A DNA stretch of 64,000 nt from an uncultured delta proteobacterium (GCA_963840855.1 CAWJBB010000040.1:288001-352000), one strand, 5' to 3'. Counted from the first letter of the stretch, positions 1-11,019 are shown. Notes: generated by a model not told the origin, from the letters alone. Numbers and translations: made by a program.

Positions 1-1247
1 TCCTCCAAGCTCGGTATGTCCGAAAACAGAAATTGCTCATCCCCCTCACCACCATAAGAGGCCGTCGAAGCCAAGCCCTCGCGTATCTCTTGCGGTAGAT
101 CCTCCAACGTCAGTATGGGCTGGTTGGAAAGCACCACAGCTTGCTCGATGACATTTTCGAGCTGCCGGATATTTCCTGGCCAAGAATACTTTTGTAGCCT
201 TTCCATCACCTCCTCTGAGATACCTGTAATGGCCTTGCCAGCCGCTTGGCTGTACCGCCTGAGGAAATTTTGTGCCAGTGCCACGATATCTTCTGGCCTC
301 TTCCTTATCGGTGGCAGACAGATGGTAACCACTTTTAACCGGTAGTATAGATCCTCGCGAAACACTCCATTTTTCATCAACTCGTCCAGATCCTTATTGG
401 TCGCTGCCAGGACTCGCGCGTCTACCTTGATCCATTCTTTTCCCCCTACGGGTCTGACTTCCTCCTCTTGCAAGACTCGCAGGAGCTTCGCTTGCATGTT
501 AGGGCTAATGTTTCCGATCTCGTCGAGAAAGCACGTGCCACCGTGAGCCTCCTGAAATACACCCTTCTTATCGGCGACAGCGCCAGTAAAAGCACCCCGC
601 ACGTGTCCGAACAGTTCACTCTCGAGCAGCGTCTCTGTGAGGGCCCCGCAGTCCACCGCCACAAATGGGCGCTGCGCCCTGGTGCTATGTTGGTGAATGG
701 AGCGGGCAATCACCTCTTTCCCCGTGCCACTTTCCCCAAGGATCAGCACCGTGCTTTTTGTTGGCGCCGCCCTTGCTACCATTTTGAATACCTCAACCAT
801 GGCCGGGCTTCTCCCTATGACGGTTTTCTGCGGCTCGGCACCATCAATTTGCTCAACCTTCGTCCCGGCCTGAGCCTGCAACTTCTTCTGACCTAACGCC
901 CGGGAAACAATTTTCTTCAGCTCTTCCAGGTTCATGGGCTTCGAGACGTAATCGTAGGCGCCCTCCTGAATCGCCTCGACTGCCGTTTCTATCGAGCCGA
1001 ACGCGGTCATAACGATAACTGGCAGCGATGGTTGCTCTTGCCGCATTGTCCGGGTTACCTCGAGCCCGGTGATTCCCGGCATTCGCACATCGACCAGCAG
1101 CAAATCGTAAGATTCCTTTCGCAGGCGATCGAGCGCCTCTTCACCGCTGTGGGCTTGGTGTGTCCTATGGCCATCTCCCTCGAGCACTTCGGCGAAAAGC
1201 TGGCAGCTCACCTCGTCATCATCGACAATCAGAATGCGCGCTTGCAC
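1..1247 (-). CDS. Sigma54-dependent response regulator (NtrC/AtoC family), 3' end outside window
   Basis: Manual translation from GTG 1247 gives VQARILIVDDDE...LLLVDVRMPG (receiver domain). The AAA+ domain carries GAFTGA (about 580-597). Not in the ORF track because it runs off the window. Confidence 0.92.
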   Translation of the reverse strand, partial: MQARILIVDDDEVSCQLFAEVLEGDGHRTHQAHSGEEALDRLRKESYDLLLVDVRMPGITGLEVTRTMRQEQPSLPVIVMTAFGSIETAVEAIQEGAYDYVSKPMNLEELKKIVSRALGQKKLQAQAGTKVEQIDGAEPQKTVIGRSPAMVEVFKMVARAAPTKSTVLILGESGTGKEVIARSIHQHSTRAQRPFVAVDCGALTETLLESELFGHVRGAFTGAVADKKGVFQEAHGGTCFLDEIGNISPNMQAKLLRVLQEEEVRPVGGKEWIKVDARVLAATNKDLDELMKNGVFREDLYYRLKVVTICLPPIRKRPEDIVALAQNFLRRYSQAAGKAITGISEEVMERLQKYSWPGNIRQLENVIEQAVVLSNQPILTLEDLPQEIREGLASTASYGGEGDEQFLFSDIPSLE

Positions 1248-1251
1248 GGCT

Positions 1252-2475
1252 TCACCCGTTCGAGAGAGAGCGGCCAGCGGCCGGATCGGTCGGAAGAAAG
1301 ATCTCTACCGTTGTACCCTTTGCGACTTGACTGCTGATCGCTATCTTTCCTCCATGTTCCTTGACGATCTCCTGACAAACAGCGAGCCCCAGGCCGGTCC
1401 CGCTGCCGGGAGTCTTGGTGGTCATGAAAAAGTCAAAAACTCTAGGCAGCAGGTCTGGCGGAATGCCGGCCCCGGTGTCTGTGATCTCTATGAGAATGCC
1501 CGAACGGTGCTGCTCCGTCGCTTGAGCGATCCGAGTCGCAATCGTGATTCTCCCTTCTTGCTCCACAGCATCTACGGCATTGTTGAGCAGGTTGATCAAC
1601 ACCCGCTGTAGTGATCCACTATGGGCGTTAAGCGAAGGTAATAACTCCGCCAATTCGGCAATCACATTCACACCCTTCTCTGCGAAAACGGGTCTGAGAA
1701 GGAGCAGCGTCTCCTTTACCAACTCGTTTAGGTTGACAAGACCGCGCTTGCTGGTAGATCCACGAGTGCGATCGAGGTAATATTGCACGATAGCTGCCAT
1801 GCGTTGGACTTGACTCTCTATGGTTTTCACATGGCGGCGAGCTTTCTCGGGCAACTCCTCTTGGGCTAGGAGTTGGGTGTATCCAAGCACGGAGTTTAAC
1901 GGCGTGCCCAGCTCATGTGCAATGGCGCCGGTCATCCAACTTAAGGCTGCCACCTGTCCCACGCGCGCCATTTCTTGCTGCAGGCTCCACAGTTCCTTGT
2001 TGCGCTCAACTAATTCCCGGGTGACCTCATCTGAACTTTCCTTTGCCCCTTTGCGCTCTAAGTGCAGCTGCAACATTTCTGCGAGAGAATCAAGCAGGCT
2101 TTTCTCCTCTTCGAGAAACGGAGGCTTGGTTTGACTCGGTCTTTCTGGATAAGTGATTTCCACTAAGCCGTGCTTTCCACCGGCCGTTGTGAAACGTGCG
2201 CATTGTGTCCAAGGAGTGGAAACGAAATTTGTGGATCTATATTCCATCCCATCAAACACGATGCGTGCGGTGGCAAGCTCCGAGTGCTCCCAAGCCGTGG
2301 GAAGAATCGCAACGATTTGCTGGAGCAAGATCGGGATCGTTCTCTCCGGATCCTGGAGCAAGTGCGCTGTGTAATGGAGGGCGGTGAGCTCTTTGACCCG
2401 TTCCTTGAGATCGTGGAGAAGCCTTTGCTTTTCCTCCTCAACTTTCCTGTGCTCACTCATATCCTGAACCGGCAT
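1252..2475 (-). CDS. Cytoplasmic sensor histidine kinase
   Basis: H-box IAHELGTPL, N-box NLLNNAVDA, G1 DTGAGI, G2 GTGLGL. No obvious TM segment. Directly upstream of the response regulator. Confidence 0.93.
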   Translation of the reverse strand: MPVQDMSEHRKVEEEKQRLLHDLKERVKELTALHYTAHLLQDPERTIPILLQQIVAILPTAWEHSELATARIVFDGMEYRSTNFVSTPWTQCARFTTAGGKHGLVEITYPERPSQTKPPFLEEEKSLLDSLAEMLQLHLERKGAKESSDEVTRELVERNKELWSLQQEMARVGQVAALSWMTGAIAHELGTPLNSVLGYTQLLAQEELPEKARRHVKTIESQVQRMAAIVQYYLDRTRGSTSKRGLVNLNELVKETLLLLRPVFAEKGVNVIAELAELLPSLNAHSGSLQRVLINLLNNAVDAVEQEGRITIATRIAQATEQHRSGILIEITDTGAGIPPDLLPRVFDFFMTTKTPGSGTGLGLAVCQEIVKEHGGKIAISSQVAKGTTVEIFLPTDPAAGRSLSNG

Positions 2476-2616
2476 GATGGAAGGTAATGGTCTACCATGC
2501 TTATCGGGCTTAAGACGCGAGCAACTATATCCTTGCCCGTTAGGTGAAGCAATGCCGGGTTGAGGTTCCTACTTTACAAACGTTGAAGCGGCCGCACAAA
2601 CGATCAGCCTTTCTGT

Positions 2617-2793
2617 TTATCCAAACTGGTTGCTCGGCTTCTTGAACGACGAGATTTGTACCGCCAGCCATGCGACCAACGCAGCAGTGAGCATAATCAA
2701 AAGAATCGCCAACACCGCGACCATCGCTCCCCCAACAAAAGTTAGAAGAAGGTAAAAAAGAATCTGCATGAGCTCTGTCAGTTCTGATGCCAT
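2617..2793 (-). CDS. Small hydrophobic hypothetical membrane protein
   Basis: C-terminal part of ORF 2617..2937 (from MASELTE) has a long hydrophobic stretch. Start uncertain. Confidence 0.4.
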   Translation of the reverse strand: MASELTELMQILFYLLLTFVGGAMVAVLAILLIMLTAALVAWLAVQISSFKKPSNQFG

Positions 2794-2975
2794 TTGAATA
2801 GAATGTGTGAAAACTTGACCTTTTTTGCTACAGACGATTTCAAGCGCGTGTTGAGAAGGGCTTCGTGGTGAGTCTTTCCACCAAACATCATATGGGCGGT
2901 CACGGCATGCGAAATGCCCACCCTTCGACCGTGCCAAAAAAGCCCCATGGTCTTTCGCCTTCTTGGGAGGTCGCG

Positions 2976-3551
2976 TTATTTCGCCTCTTTCCAGTAAAAC
3001 TCTTCTTGCTGTTTCTCTAATCTCTTCTTTTCCTCCGCATCCGCGACGTAGAGGCCATTTATGACCTTTATGTTTTCCGGTTCATAGAAGTTCTTCGAAA
3101 GTTTCGCTCCCTCGTCGAACTCGTACATCTTGATCGCGTCCCACGGGCAGACCTTCTTGTCCAGCCGGTCTTCGGACTCTGCGCCTATAAGCTCGATCTG
3201 AAACTTCTTCGGCACTTTGTCCGTCTCAAGCGGCCGCTTCGAGCTATCGTAGTATCTACCCGCATACTCCAGAAATATTTCTCCAGTTTCCTTATAGCGG
3301 TGAACCTTGGTTAAATCGTCGCTGTAGCACATCTGGCAGCCGATGCACTTGTCATTGTCCACCCATACGCGATACGGTTTCAGCCCGCCGTTGGGTGTTT
3401 CCTCATAAAGCAAATTGATGCAGCCCTCCACCGGACAATGCGGTTCACAAAGAGGCGCGCCCGCGCAACTGGTGCAGCTTTCGTCCATAACCGCAAGCAG
3501 CGGCGTCCCTTTGCGCTTGTGCTTCGGTGGGTCTTCAATTCGACGTTCCAT
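2976..3551 (-). CDS. 2x[4Fe-4S] ferredoxin-like protein with large insertion
   Basis: CTSCAGAPLCEPHCP and CIGCQMC...VCPWDAI motifs. Confidence 0.8.
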   Translation of the reverse strand: MERRIEDPPKHKRKGTPLLAVMDESCTSCAGAPLCEPHCPVEGCINLLYEETPNGGLKPYRVWVDNDKCIGCQMCYSDDLTKVHRYKETGEIFLEYAGRYYDSSKRPLETDKVPKKFQIELIGAESEDRLDKKVCPWDAIKMYEFDEGAKLSKNFYEPENIKVINGLYVADAEEKKRLEKQQEEFYWKEAK

Positions 3552-3779
3552 TTTCCACCATCCGTTTATATCGTTTCGCTTCCGACAGTGAGCAAGAACC
3601 GTGCCCGACGCTATTGCGGATTGAAATTATCAGGCCTCAAACAGCAACAGGTCTTTTTTCACGCGACGGGTGTCGCCGTTTGAATTTTATGACATCGTTT
3701 TTGTCGAGCAGGTCAGGGATTTCTGGAAGGGCCGCTTCGTATAGATCCACGGGCTCCCGTGCGGGCGTCAGGCGTTGAA

Positions 3780-4233
3780 CTACGCGGCTTTGTGCGACGA
3801 GCCACTTTGCGACGACTGCGCGCCGATGACCGACGCGCAGAAATTTAACGATCCGCGGAGCTTTTCCGCCTCGTCACTGGCGATCGCAGCCAGATCCGAC
3901 ATTGAGACAATTCCGAGCAGCTTTCCGCCCTGCGCAACCGGCAACCGTTTGATCCTTCTCGCGCGCATGACATCGGCCGCGGTCACGTGGTCCTCCTCAG
4001 GCCGCAAGACCATCACCGGCCGGCTCATGTGCGCCGAGACTTTGCAATAATAAGGATCATGCGCCCGGGCCAAGCAAACGAGTAAATCCCGGTCGGATGC
4101 CTTTCACCGACCCCGCCCACGGTCACCACCAGACAGCTCACGTATTTCTCACGCATCCGCGCGCCGCAACTGCGATGGTCTCATCAGGCGCCGCCTGGAT
4201 TACCTCGCCAACCATGATCTCGTGAAGCTTCAT
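3780..4233 (-). pseudogene. CBS-pair protein, frameshifted
   Basis: ATG 4233 gives MKLHEIMVGEVIQAAP..., broken by indels at about 4090-4165. Continues in ORF 3780..4073 (MSRPV...IKRLPV...LLGIVSMSDL). May be a sequencing error. Confidence 0.7.
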
Positions 4234-4345
4234 GCCGCTACTTCCTTGTTTTGTACTTTGTCGGCGAATATCTGGGAACCGGCGCTAGCAGTGATAATTG
4301 CCCGCCGCTTCCGGCTGATATACGATCTTCTGACTCTCAACCCCT

Positions 4346-4519
4346 TCAACCCTGTCGGCACTTTCCACTCCACAGTATCGCCGACTCGATATCAAAAAAC
4401 CGGGTTTTCCCAATCCCCAGGATCTGCTGGATGTAGGATCTTTCGATTTCGTTATTCAGATAACGCTGGAGCATCTCTTTGACCTGACCGTCGGTAAACT
4501 TTTTATGCAACTGAGCCAT
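4346..4519 (-). mobile_element. Transposase N-terminal remnant (ISNCY/integrase-core type, HTH portion)
   Basis: MAQLHKKFTDGQVKEMLQRYLNNEIERSYIQQILGIGKTRFF resembles N-termini of such transposases (recalled, not searched), then breaks off. Confidence 0.55.
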
Positions 4520-4853
4520 AACCAGAACCTCCGTTTTTGGCTCTAATTCTGGCTTGCAAAGGAGTTCACTTTTGATTCTTAAATGACACACCGCTTGTAC
4601 CGGAAAAAAAGTTAGCGGAACTGGATATTCCCGCAATTCTGGATCTCACGTCTAGGCTCTCAAGTTAATCGAAACTCGAAAACCGTTATGCGAAACCGCG
4701 CCGCTCACCCGAAAATTTCCGCCGGCAATAAAAGTACAAGCCGCCATGAGTCGATGCGCTCGCTGAAACTACCTCAGCAAAGAAATACTGGCGGAGCTAT
4801 TTGCTTGAACGATTTTTCCTGCACTGCAGCTCGATCTGGCGCAGGTCTCGTAA

Positions 4854-5225
4854 ATGAGCAGCGCCGGACGCACCGGTTGGCGGCGTATTCGCCGCTGCGA
4901 GACATCGAGTTTGAATTTGCGCCCCGCCGCGCAGGACACGAACGCGAACATAGGAGCGGAGCGACTCGATGATATATTGATCAACGTGATGGAAGGAATG
5001 GCCGGAATGGGCGTGAAGCACATCAGCATTGCCACTCGTGTGGCGTCAGGCCAGGTGGAAATTCGACTTTCAAGCCGGGAACGGATGGATCCGACTGCGT
5101 TCGGCAAGCGCCGGCTCGATCTCTACAATAGAACCCTCGGGTGGCTCGGCGACAGCCTCGAATGCAACCAAGATAATCTCGGCGCTGAATTCGTCATGAG
5201 ACTGCCGGCGCTCCAGTCAATTTAA
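4854..5225 (+). CDS. Hypothetical protein, degenerate HATPase_c-like C-terminus
   Basis: LDDILINVME...ISIATR...GAEFVMRLP follows the kinase ATP-domain layout but lacks G boxes. Ends 10 nt before the next gene. Confidence 0.4.
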   Translation: MSSAGRTGWRRIRRCETSSLNLRPAAQDTNANIGAERLDDILINVMEGMAGMGVKHISIATRVASGQVEIRLSSRERMDPTAFGKRRLDLYNRTLGWLGDSLECNQDNLGAEFVMRLPALQSI

Positions 5226-5235
5226 TTGGCCGCGC

Positions 5236-6471
5236 ATGAGCGACGATAGAATTCGGCCCATCATTTTTTTGATCCTTCTCTTGATTCTCCCCGAGAGACT
5301 CCTTGCTCAAGACATCGTGATCGGCATGTCCGCCGCGTTTAGCGGACCCTCAAAAGGCCTCGGCGTCGAGCTTTACCGGGGTTCGACGGCCTACCTCGAT
5401 CATGTCAATCGAACGGGAGGGATTTACGGGCAGAGGATCGGGATCAAGGCCTACGATGATGGTTATAACCCCATCCCTGCCATTCGAAACACCATAAAAC
5501 TCATTGAGCAGGACAACGCATTTTTGCTTTTCAACTATGTCGGGACTCCGACGGTGACGAGGATACTGCCCCTCCTAAAGAGCTACAAAGGGAGGTTCGT
5601 CTATCTCTTTACTCCGTTTACCGGAGCCGAGCCCCTCAGGCAGCCTCCTTACGGCGAATATGTTTTTAATCTGCGGGCTTCGTACAGTGATGAAACCGAG
5701 GGGTTGGTCGATCACTTTGTCTCCGCCGGCAAAAGCAGGCTCGCGGTTTTCTATCAAGCCGATGCCTATGGAAGAAGCGGATGGGACGGAGTCAAAAAAG
5801 CTCTGGCGAAAAATTATGGTCTAAAAATGGTCGGCGAGGCGACCTATCGGAGAGGGGCTGAATACTCTCAGAGTTTCAAGGAGCAAGTCGACATCATCAG
5901 GAAAACGTCCGCGGATGTTGTTATATCTATCGGGGCTTACGCGGTCTGCGCCGCGTTTATCAGAGACGCTCGGATCGCGGGGCTCAATATTCCGATCGCC
6001 AATCTCTCTTTTGTCGGCAGTGAGAGCATGGCTGAGCTATTGCTTCAAAGTAGTCGGACCGCGGACAAGGACTATAAGAAAGATCTCATCAATTCGCAGG
6101 TGGTGCCTAGCTATCAGGATACCGCTCTGCCGGCGGTGCGGGAATATCGGCAGCTGATGGAAAAATTCCAGCCACTCCCGCCTCGGGATCTTACCGAAGT
6201 GGGATATGCACCGCTGCCCCACAGCTATGTCGGTTTCGAGGGTTTTCTTAACGCAAAACTTCTCGTTGAAGTCCTAAAACGAATGGGCCCAGGTCCAACA
6301 AAAAGCCGCATTAAAGAAACCGTCGAAAGCATCAAAAGTGCCGATTTGGGAATCGATGCGTCGGTCACTTTCGGACCGCATAAGCATCAGGGGTTGGACA
6401 AGGTCTATTACACCACAATGCAAGGGGACCGGTTTGTTCCGCTGTCGGATTGGCGGGGGTCGGAGAAATGA
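5236..6471 (+). CDS. Periplasmic solute-binding protein (LivJ-like, type 1 PBP)
   Basis: Signal peptide, IGMSAAFSGP, YDDGYNP, YVGTPT, FNLRASY. Confidence 0.88.
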   Translation: MSDDRIRPIIFLILLLILPERLLAQDIVIGMSAAFSGPSKGLGVELYRGSTAYLDHVNRTGGIYGQRIGIKAYDDGYNPIPAIRNTIKLIEQDNAFLLFNYVGTPTVTRILPLLKSYKGRFVYLFTPFTGAEPLRQPPYGEYVFNLRASYSDETEGLVDHFVSAGKSRLAVFYQADAYGRSGWDGVKKALAKNYGLKMVGEATYRRGAEYSQSFKEQVDIIRKTSADVVISIGAYAVCAAFIRDARIAGLNIPIANLSFVGSESMAELLLQSSRTADKDYKKDLINSQVVPSYQDTALPAVREYRQLMEKFQPLPPRDLTEVGYAPLPHSYVGFEGFLNAKLLVEVLKRMGPGPTKSRIKETVESIKSADLGIDASVTFGPHKHQGLDKVYYTTMQGDRFVPLSDWRGSEK

Positions 6472-8004
6472 CCCGGGCAAGTCTCTTTACCAAAACCCTT
6501 GTGCTCATCGTTGTTTTGTTCGGCATTATTGCAAGCGCCACCTCGATTCTCTCGGGCTGGAACCTCTACCGTAATCTTACCCAAGAGTATCAAAGCAAAG
6601 GTGTGGCAATCGCAAAGAGCATCGCCGATTCGAGCGTGGAAATGTTGTTGAATGCGGATGTGTCCACGATCCAGTCTGTGGTGGACCAGTTCACCGAGAT
6701 CGAGGGAGTTTCCTATGTAATCGTCTTCGACGGCCAAGGCGAGGCCATTTCTCACACCTTTGTTCCCAACGTGCCTGGGGATGTGCTGGAGCTACAGAGG
6801 CAAACCCGAACTCAAGTCTTTAACGGCGGAGCCCGTACGAACAACTTGCGCGTTGAAGGAATGGGAGACTTCCTGGACATCGACCTTCCCGATTCTGGCT
6901 GGCGTCGCGGGATACGTGCATGTGGGCATGGATAGGTCGTTGATCCGATCGCGCATTTGGTCCGCTGTAGCGACGCAGCAAGCGGTTATGTTCATCATTT
7001 TTTTATTGAGCGTGTTGGTCGCTTATGCTTTGGTGAACCGGATCTCTCGACCGCTCAAACAACTCGCGGCCCACGCCGGGAAGCTGGCGACGCAGGACTT
7101 TTCCAAACCGGAGACTGGACCGTCGGACATCGGTCACTTGCCCGCCAATTCTCGCGACGAAGTAGGGGAGCTGGCGAAATCTTTCATCAATATGGAGTGC
7201 TCGCTGAGGCAGTCCGTCAAGGAACTCAAGGAGACAACGGCGGTCAGAGAACGGATTGAAAGCGAGCTGAAAATTGCCCGCGACATCCAGATGAGCATGG
7301 TGCCGAAGCTATTTCCTCCGTTTCCGCTCAGGCCCGAGTTTGACCTTCATGCGACGCTGGTTCCGGCACGGGAAGTGGGGGGAGACTTTTATGATTTCTT
7401 TTTCATCGATGACAGCCACCTCTGTTTCGCCATCGGCGATGTATCTGGTAAAGGGATTCCCGCAGCTTTATTTATGGCCGTGACCAGGACCCTTTTTAGG
7501 ACTACTGCCGGCAAAGTGAGCCGGCCGGATGAAATTTTATCTTTGTTGAATCGCGAGCTGTGTCGGGACAATGATTCATGCATGTTCGTGACCGTTTTTT
7601 GCGCCGTTTTGGATACTCGCACAGGAGAGGTGGAATACAGCAATGGCGGCCACAATCTTCCTTACTTTATCAGCCGTGATGAGACCAAGCTTTTGAAGAA
7701 TACCGGCGGGATGGCGCTGGGTATTAAGGAAGACGCGACCTTCCGGTCGGAGAAACTGCAGCTTAAGGGCGGGGATCGACTTTTTCTTTACACAGACGGT
7801 GTAACCGAAGCGATGGATGAGGACGGGAATCAATATTCCGAACCTCGTTTGGAGGATTTTTTACATCAAGCCAACGGTTCTTCCGTATCCGAGATCATCC
7901 ACGGCGCAGTCGAGAATGTAAGGAGCCATTCTGCCGGCATTCCCCAGTCGGACGACATTACCGTCTTGGCCTTGAAATTCTTGCTGAGAGCGGCGCAGTC
8001 ATGA
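6468..8004 (+). CDS. Membrane HAMP + PP2C/SpoIIE phosphatase (RsbU-like), frameshift about 6885
   Basis: Two TM helices, HAMP (DEVGELAKSF), VGGDFYD, GDVSGKG, LYTDGVTEA, DDIT. Split over ORFs 6450..6935 and 6760..8004. ATGA overlap with the upstream gene. Confidence 0.9.
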
Positions 8005-8414
8005 GTGAAGTCATCGCGGTGGAGCTTAAAAACCAGCTCTTCGAGATTGAGCGGCTCGCGCGCATAGTCGACGATTTCGGGCGACGCCATCAAATCGCGG
8101 CGCAAATCATCTACAACATGAAACTCGCCTTGGACGAGATTCTGACCAACGTTATCTCCTATGGCTACGACGATGCCGGGGAGCATCAGATTACCGCCCG
8201 CTTCTCCCTGGAACAGGGAAAATGGACCGCTGAAGTGGAGGACGGCGGGAGGCCTTTCAATCCTTTAACGTCCCCTGAGGCGAACACGCAACAATCACTC
8301 GGGAGCGCGTCCGATCGGCGGTTTGGGAATTCATCTCGTGCGCAAGTTGATCGATGAATTGGAATATCGCAGGCAGAACGACAAAAACCGCCTGGTTATG
8401 AGAATGAAATCTGA
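8001..8414 (+). CDS. Anti-sigma factor Ser/Thr kinase (RsbW-like), frameshifted
   Basis: LALDEILTNVISYGY, EDGGRPFNP, then after an indel at about 8300 RPIGGLGIHLVRKLID. Probable true stop is TGA 8412-8414. Confidence 0.85.
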
Positions 8415-8427
8415 AAGGACCTTAACC

Positions 8428-8764
8428 ATGAACATTCACGAAGAGAGAAACGACGGTGTGCTTATTATCGGTCTGGAAGGACGGCTTGACGCCACCAGCT
8501 CGAAGATGTTTGAGGAAAAAACTCTCGCGACGATCGATGCGGGAGAGACACGGCTTGTTATTGATCTCTCCCAGCTCGACTATGTCAGCAGCGCGGGGCT
8601 CAGGGTCTTTCTCCTCGCGTCCAAACGATTGAATCCGGCAGGGGGTCAAGCTTGTGCTTTGCTCCTTGCAGGAACCCGTCAAGGAAGTCTTTGAAATCGT
8701 CGGCTTTTTCTCCGTTCTTTCGATACTTGGTTCCAAAGATGAGGCGTTGAAAAGCTTTCGGTAG
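8428..8764 (+). CDS. STAS anti-anti-sigma factor (RsbV-like), frameshift about 8645
   Basis: GRLDATSS, DLSQLDYVSSAGLRV (phospho-Ser motif). Second frame gives KLVLCSLQEPVKEVFEIVGF. RBS GAAAGGA upstream. Confidence 0.87.
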
Positions 8765-8813
8765 CTCGGCTCTTTCTTTAACTACCGTGTTCGCAGTGAA
8801 AGACATACGACGG

Positions 8814-10128
8814 CTATCGGAACTCGAACTCTTCGGTGATAATCCGATCGGACGGTATACCGAGCGCCCGGAACTGCCGGGCAAGATCCGAAACGAAGTT
8901 TAGTTGGCCGCACAGCATGACCGCGTAGTTATCCAAGGGCGCGATCTCCGCGGCAATTGCAGCGGCGGTGATTCTTCCCTGGCGCGCCGTTGCCCACAAT
9001 ACGTAGTCAACGTAGGACTCCGCATTCAAATAACTCTGGCTAATTTCCGAATCGTAAACTGCGTCGGCATTGTCGCGGACAACGTAGTAAAGCCAGATCC
9101 TCCGGAAATCCCGATTACTAAGTTCAAAAGCGAGCATGCCGAGAAATGGCGTGATGCCGACGCCTGCGCCGATGCAGACAAGGCGACGGAAACGAGCGAA
9201 GCGGTGCGGGGTGAAGCCACCGAACGGACCATAAACTTCCACTTGCTTGCCGGTTCGAGCGAGACGAGACGGCGTGTAAAATCTCCGATCATTCGGATCG
9301 ACAAGCGCAGATCCCGATCAACCGGAGAAGAGGTGAGGGAAAATGGATGAAGTTCTTTCTCCGCCCCTTCCAAATCCGGCACGCGCAGGAAGACAAAAGT
9401 CCCGGGTTCGTACATCATGCGCCGGTCGACCGGACGCATCACAAGTTCAACGATATTGCTCCCCCGTGAAGCGACCGTTTCGATACGGTAATAATAGCGT
9501 GGCCCGAGTCGGTCGAACAGCAGCACGCGATAGAGCCACGCGGCTCCACCGGCCAGTATGAGAATCACTATCCACGTCCTCAACGGCTCGAAATCCGCTA
9601 TCGTTCCAGGTTCCATGGCCGCATGCGCAGTGCCGGCGAGAAAGAGCGGGCCGAGAAACCGATGGATAAACAGCCAGCGCTCGTAGCTCATACGGTGATC
9701 GTAGGCAAGGCCTCCTAGCAGTAAGAGCAAATAGAAAGCGAGAATATCGATCGAACGTGCCGACTGCGACCAAAAAGGGATGAACAGATTACCGATGGAA
9801 GTACCATACTAAGTTGTGCAAGAGCCAAAAAAATTACATGGACGACGAGCAGAACGATCGCTGATGGCCCGACGATTCTGTGGAAACGTACGGCCCGATC
9901 GAGACCGCCAAAAACCGGCTCGAAGGCGTGGGCGCGCACAACTGCGATCATGGCGATCGCCATTAAAGTTACCGACCAGAGAATGGTAAGCTGTGAAAGC
10001 GCACGCCAGGGCAGATAGTCAGGCGGCATCGGACCGGGGAATCGGGCAGCAGCCCAAAGAACAGTCGTGATTGTCATACACCCAACGGTCACAATCCAAC
10101 TCAGTTGATGGGTGGGAAAGATTCTCAT
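8814..10128 (-). CDS. Ferric-reductase-like transmembrane + FAD/NAD-binding oxidoreductase, two frameshifts
   Basis: TM His pairs (RFHRIVG...VHV; IHRFLG...AH), HPFSLTS, GPFG, GAGVGITPF, MLCG, EEFEF over three ORF pieces. Confidence 0.85.
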
Positions 10129-10314
10129 AAAGCTAAGCTGCCGGTTCGAGAATTGATGGCATTCAATCAGTTGGATGAGCGCCAGAGTTCACGCACCAAT
10201 TTCGGATTTTGATGAACTGACGCAGCAAAAGCTCGGGGCGGTTGAAACAACGACTGCGGCGGCTCCGAGCGACGAAATCAGGCCAACTGAGTAGACCGTA
10301 TCTAGGTGCCGAGA

Positions 10315-10890
10315 CTAACTTGCTATCGAGCCCCGGATCGGCGACACCGGCTCGTGAATTTGGCGCACCAGAAAGTCTGACACAGGCGCCCCGGCGCGCA
10401 GTCGGGCAAGCCAGTCGTCGGGATCGTACTCGACGCCGACGGGATTTACGCTGAAGTTACCGTTGATGAATGCGTTGGCATCTTCATTCGAACTGAAACT
10501 ATCAACCTGAAACTCCATCTGATTGCCATCGGGGTCTCTGTAGTACATCGAAACCGTGATACCGTGATGGATACACCAGTAAGGACTGATTCCTTTCGCT
10601 TTGAGTTGCGCATATTTCTCGAAGAGGTCATTCAAAGACGCATAGGTATACGCAACGTGGTCGACACCGATCATTCCCTGACGATCAGTCTCGGCGCCGT
10701 CAGGCTGGAGAATCGACAGATTGGCAAACGCAAATCGGTGGTGTTCGTCATCATAGGTCAGAAAAGCCAGCGCTGGGTTCTGGTACTGGATCTCGGCGTC
10801 GAAAACGGTTTTATACCAGCTCAACATCTGCTCGAAACGGCGGCTGCGGTAAAGAACATGCGCAAACTTTGTCGGGCGAATGGACGACAT
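10315..10890 (-). CDS. VOC/glyoxalase family protein
   Basis: FAHVLY, DDEHHR, GVDHVAY, HG.TVSMYYRDPDGNQMEFQ. Confidence 0.85.
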   Translation of the reverse strand: MSSIRPTKFAHVLYRSRRFEQMLSWYKTVFDAEIQYQNPALAFLTYDDEHHRFAFANLSILQPDGAETDRQGMIGVDHVAYTYASLNDLFEKYAQLKAKGISPYWCIHHGITVSMYYRDPDGNQMEFQVDSFSSNEDANAFINGNFSVNPVGVEYDPDDWLARLRAGAPVSDFLVRQIHEPVSPIRGSIAS

Positions 10891-10977
10891 GATTTCCCCT
10901 TTCGAATCGCGACCTGGAATTGCCATCTGGCGAATTTAGCAAAAAATCTTTCGGGTCGATAGTGCCCAACTATATCA

Positions 10978-11011
10978 CCCCCTTTCATATTACAAGGGGA
11001 GACGAGGGGAT
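10978..11011. repeat. CCCCCTT...AAGGGG hairpin-type intergenic repeat
   Basis: Inverted arms visible directly 5' of the truncated AOR. Confidence 0.45.
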
Positions 11012-11019
11012 CGGCTACG

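Noticed and set aside
8323-8694. Apparent RsbW-RsbV fusion ORF
   Set aside because: One extra A in the AAA run at about 8407 gives MKI* followed by an RBS and ATG 8428; probably a homopolymer error.
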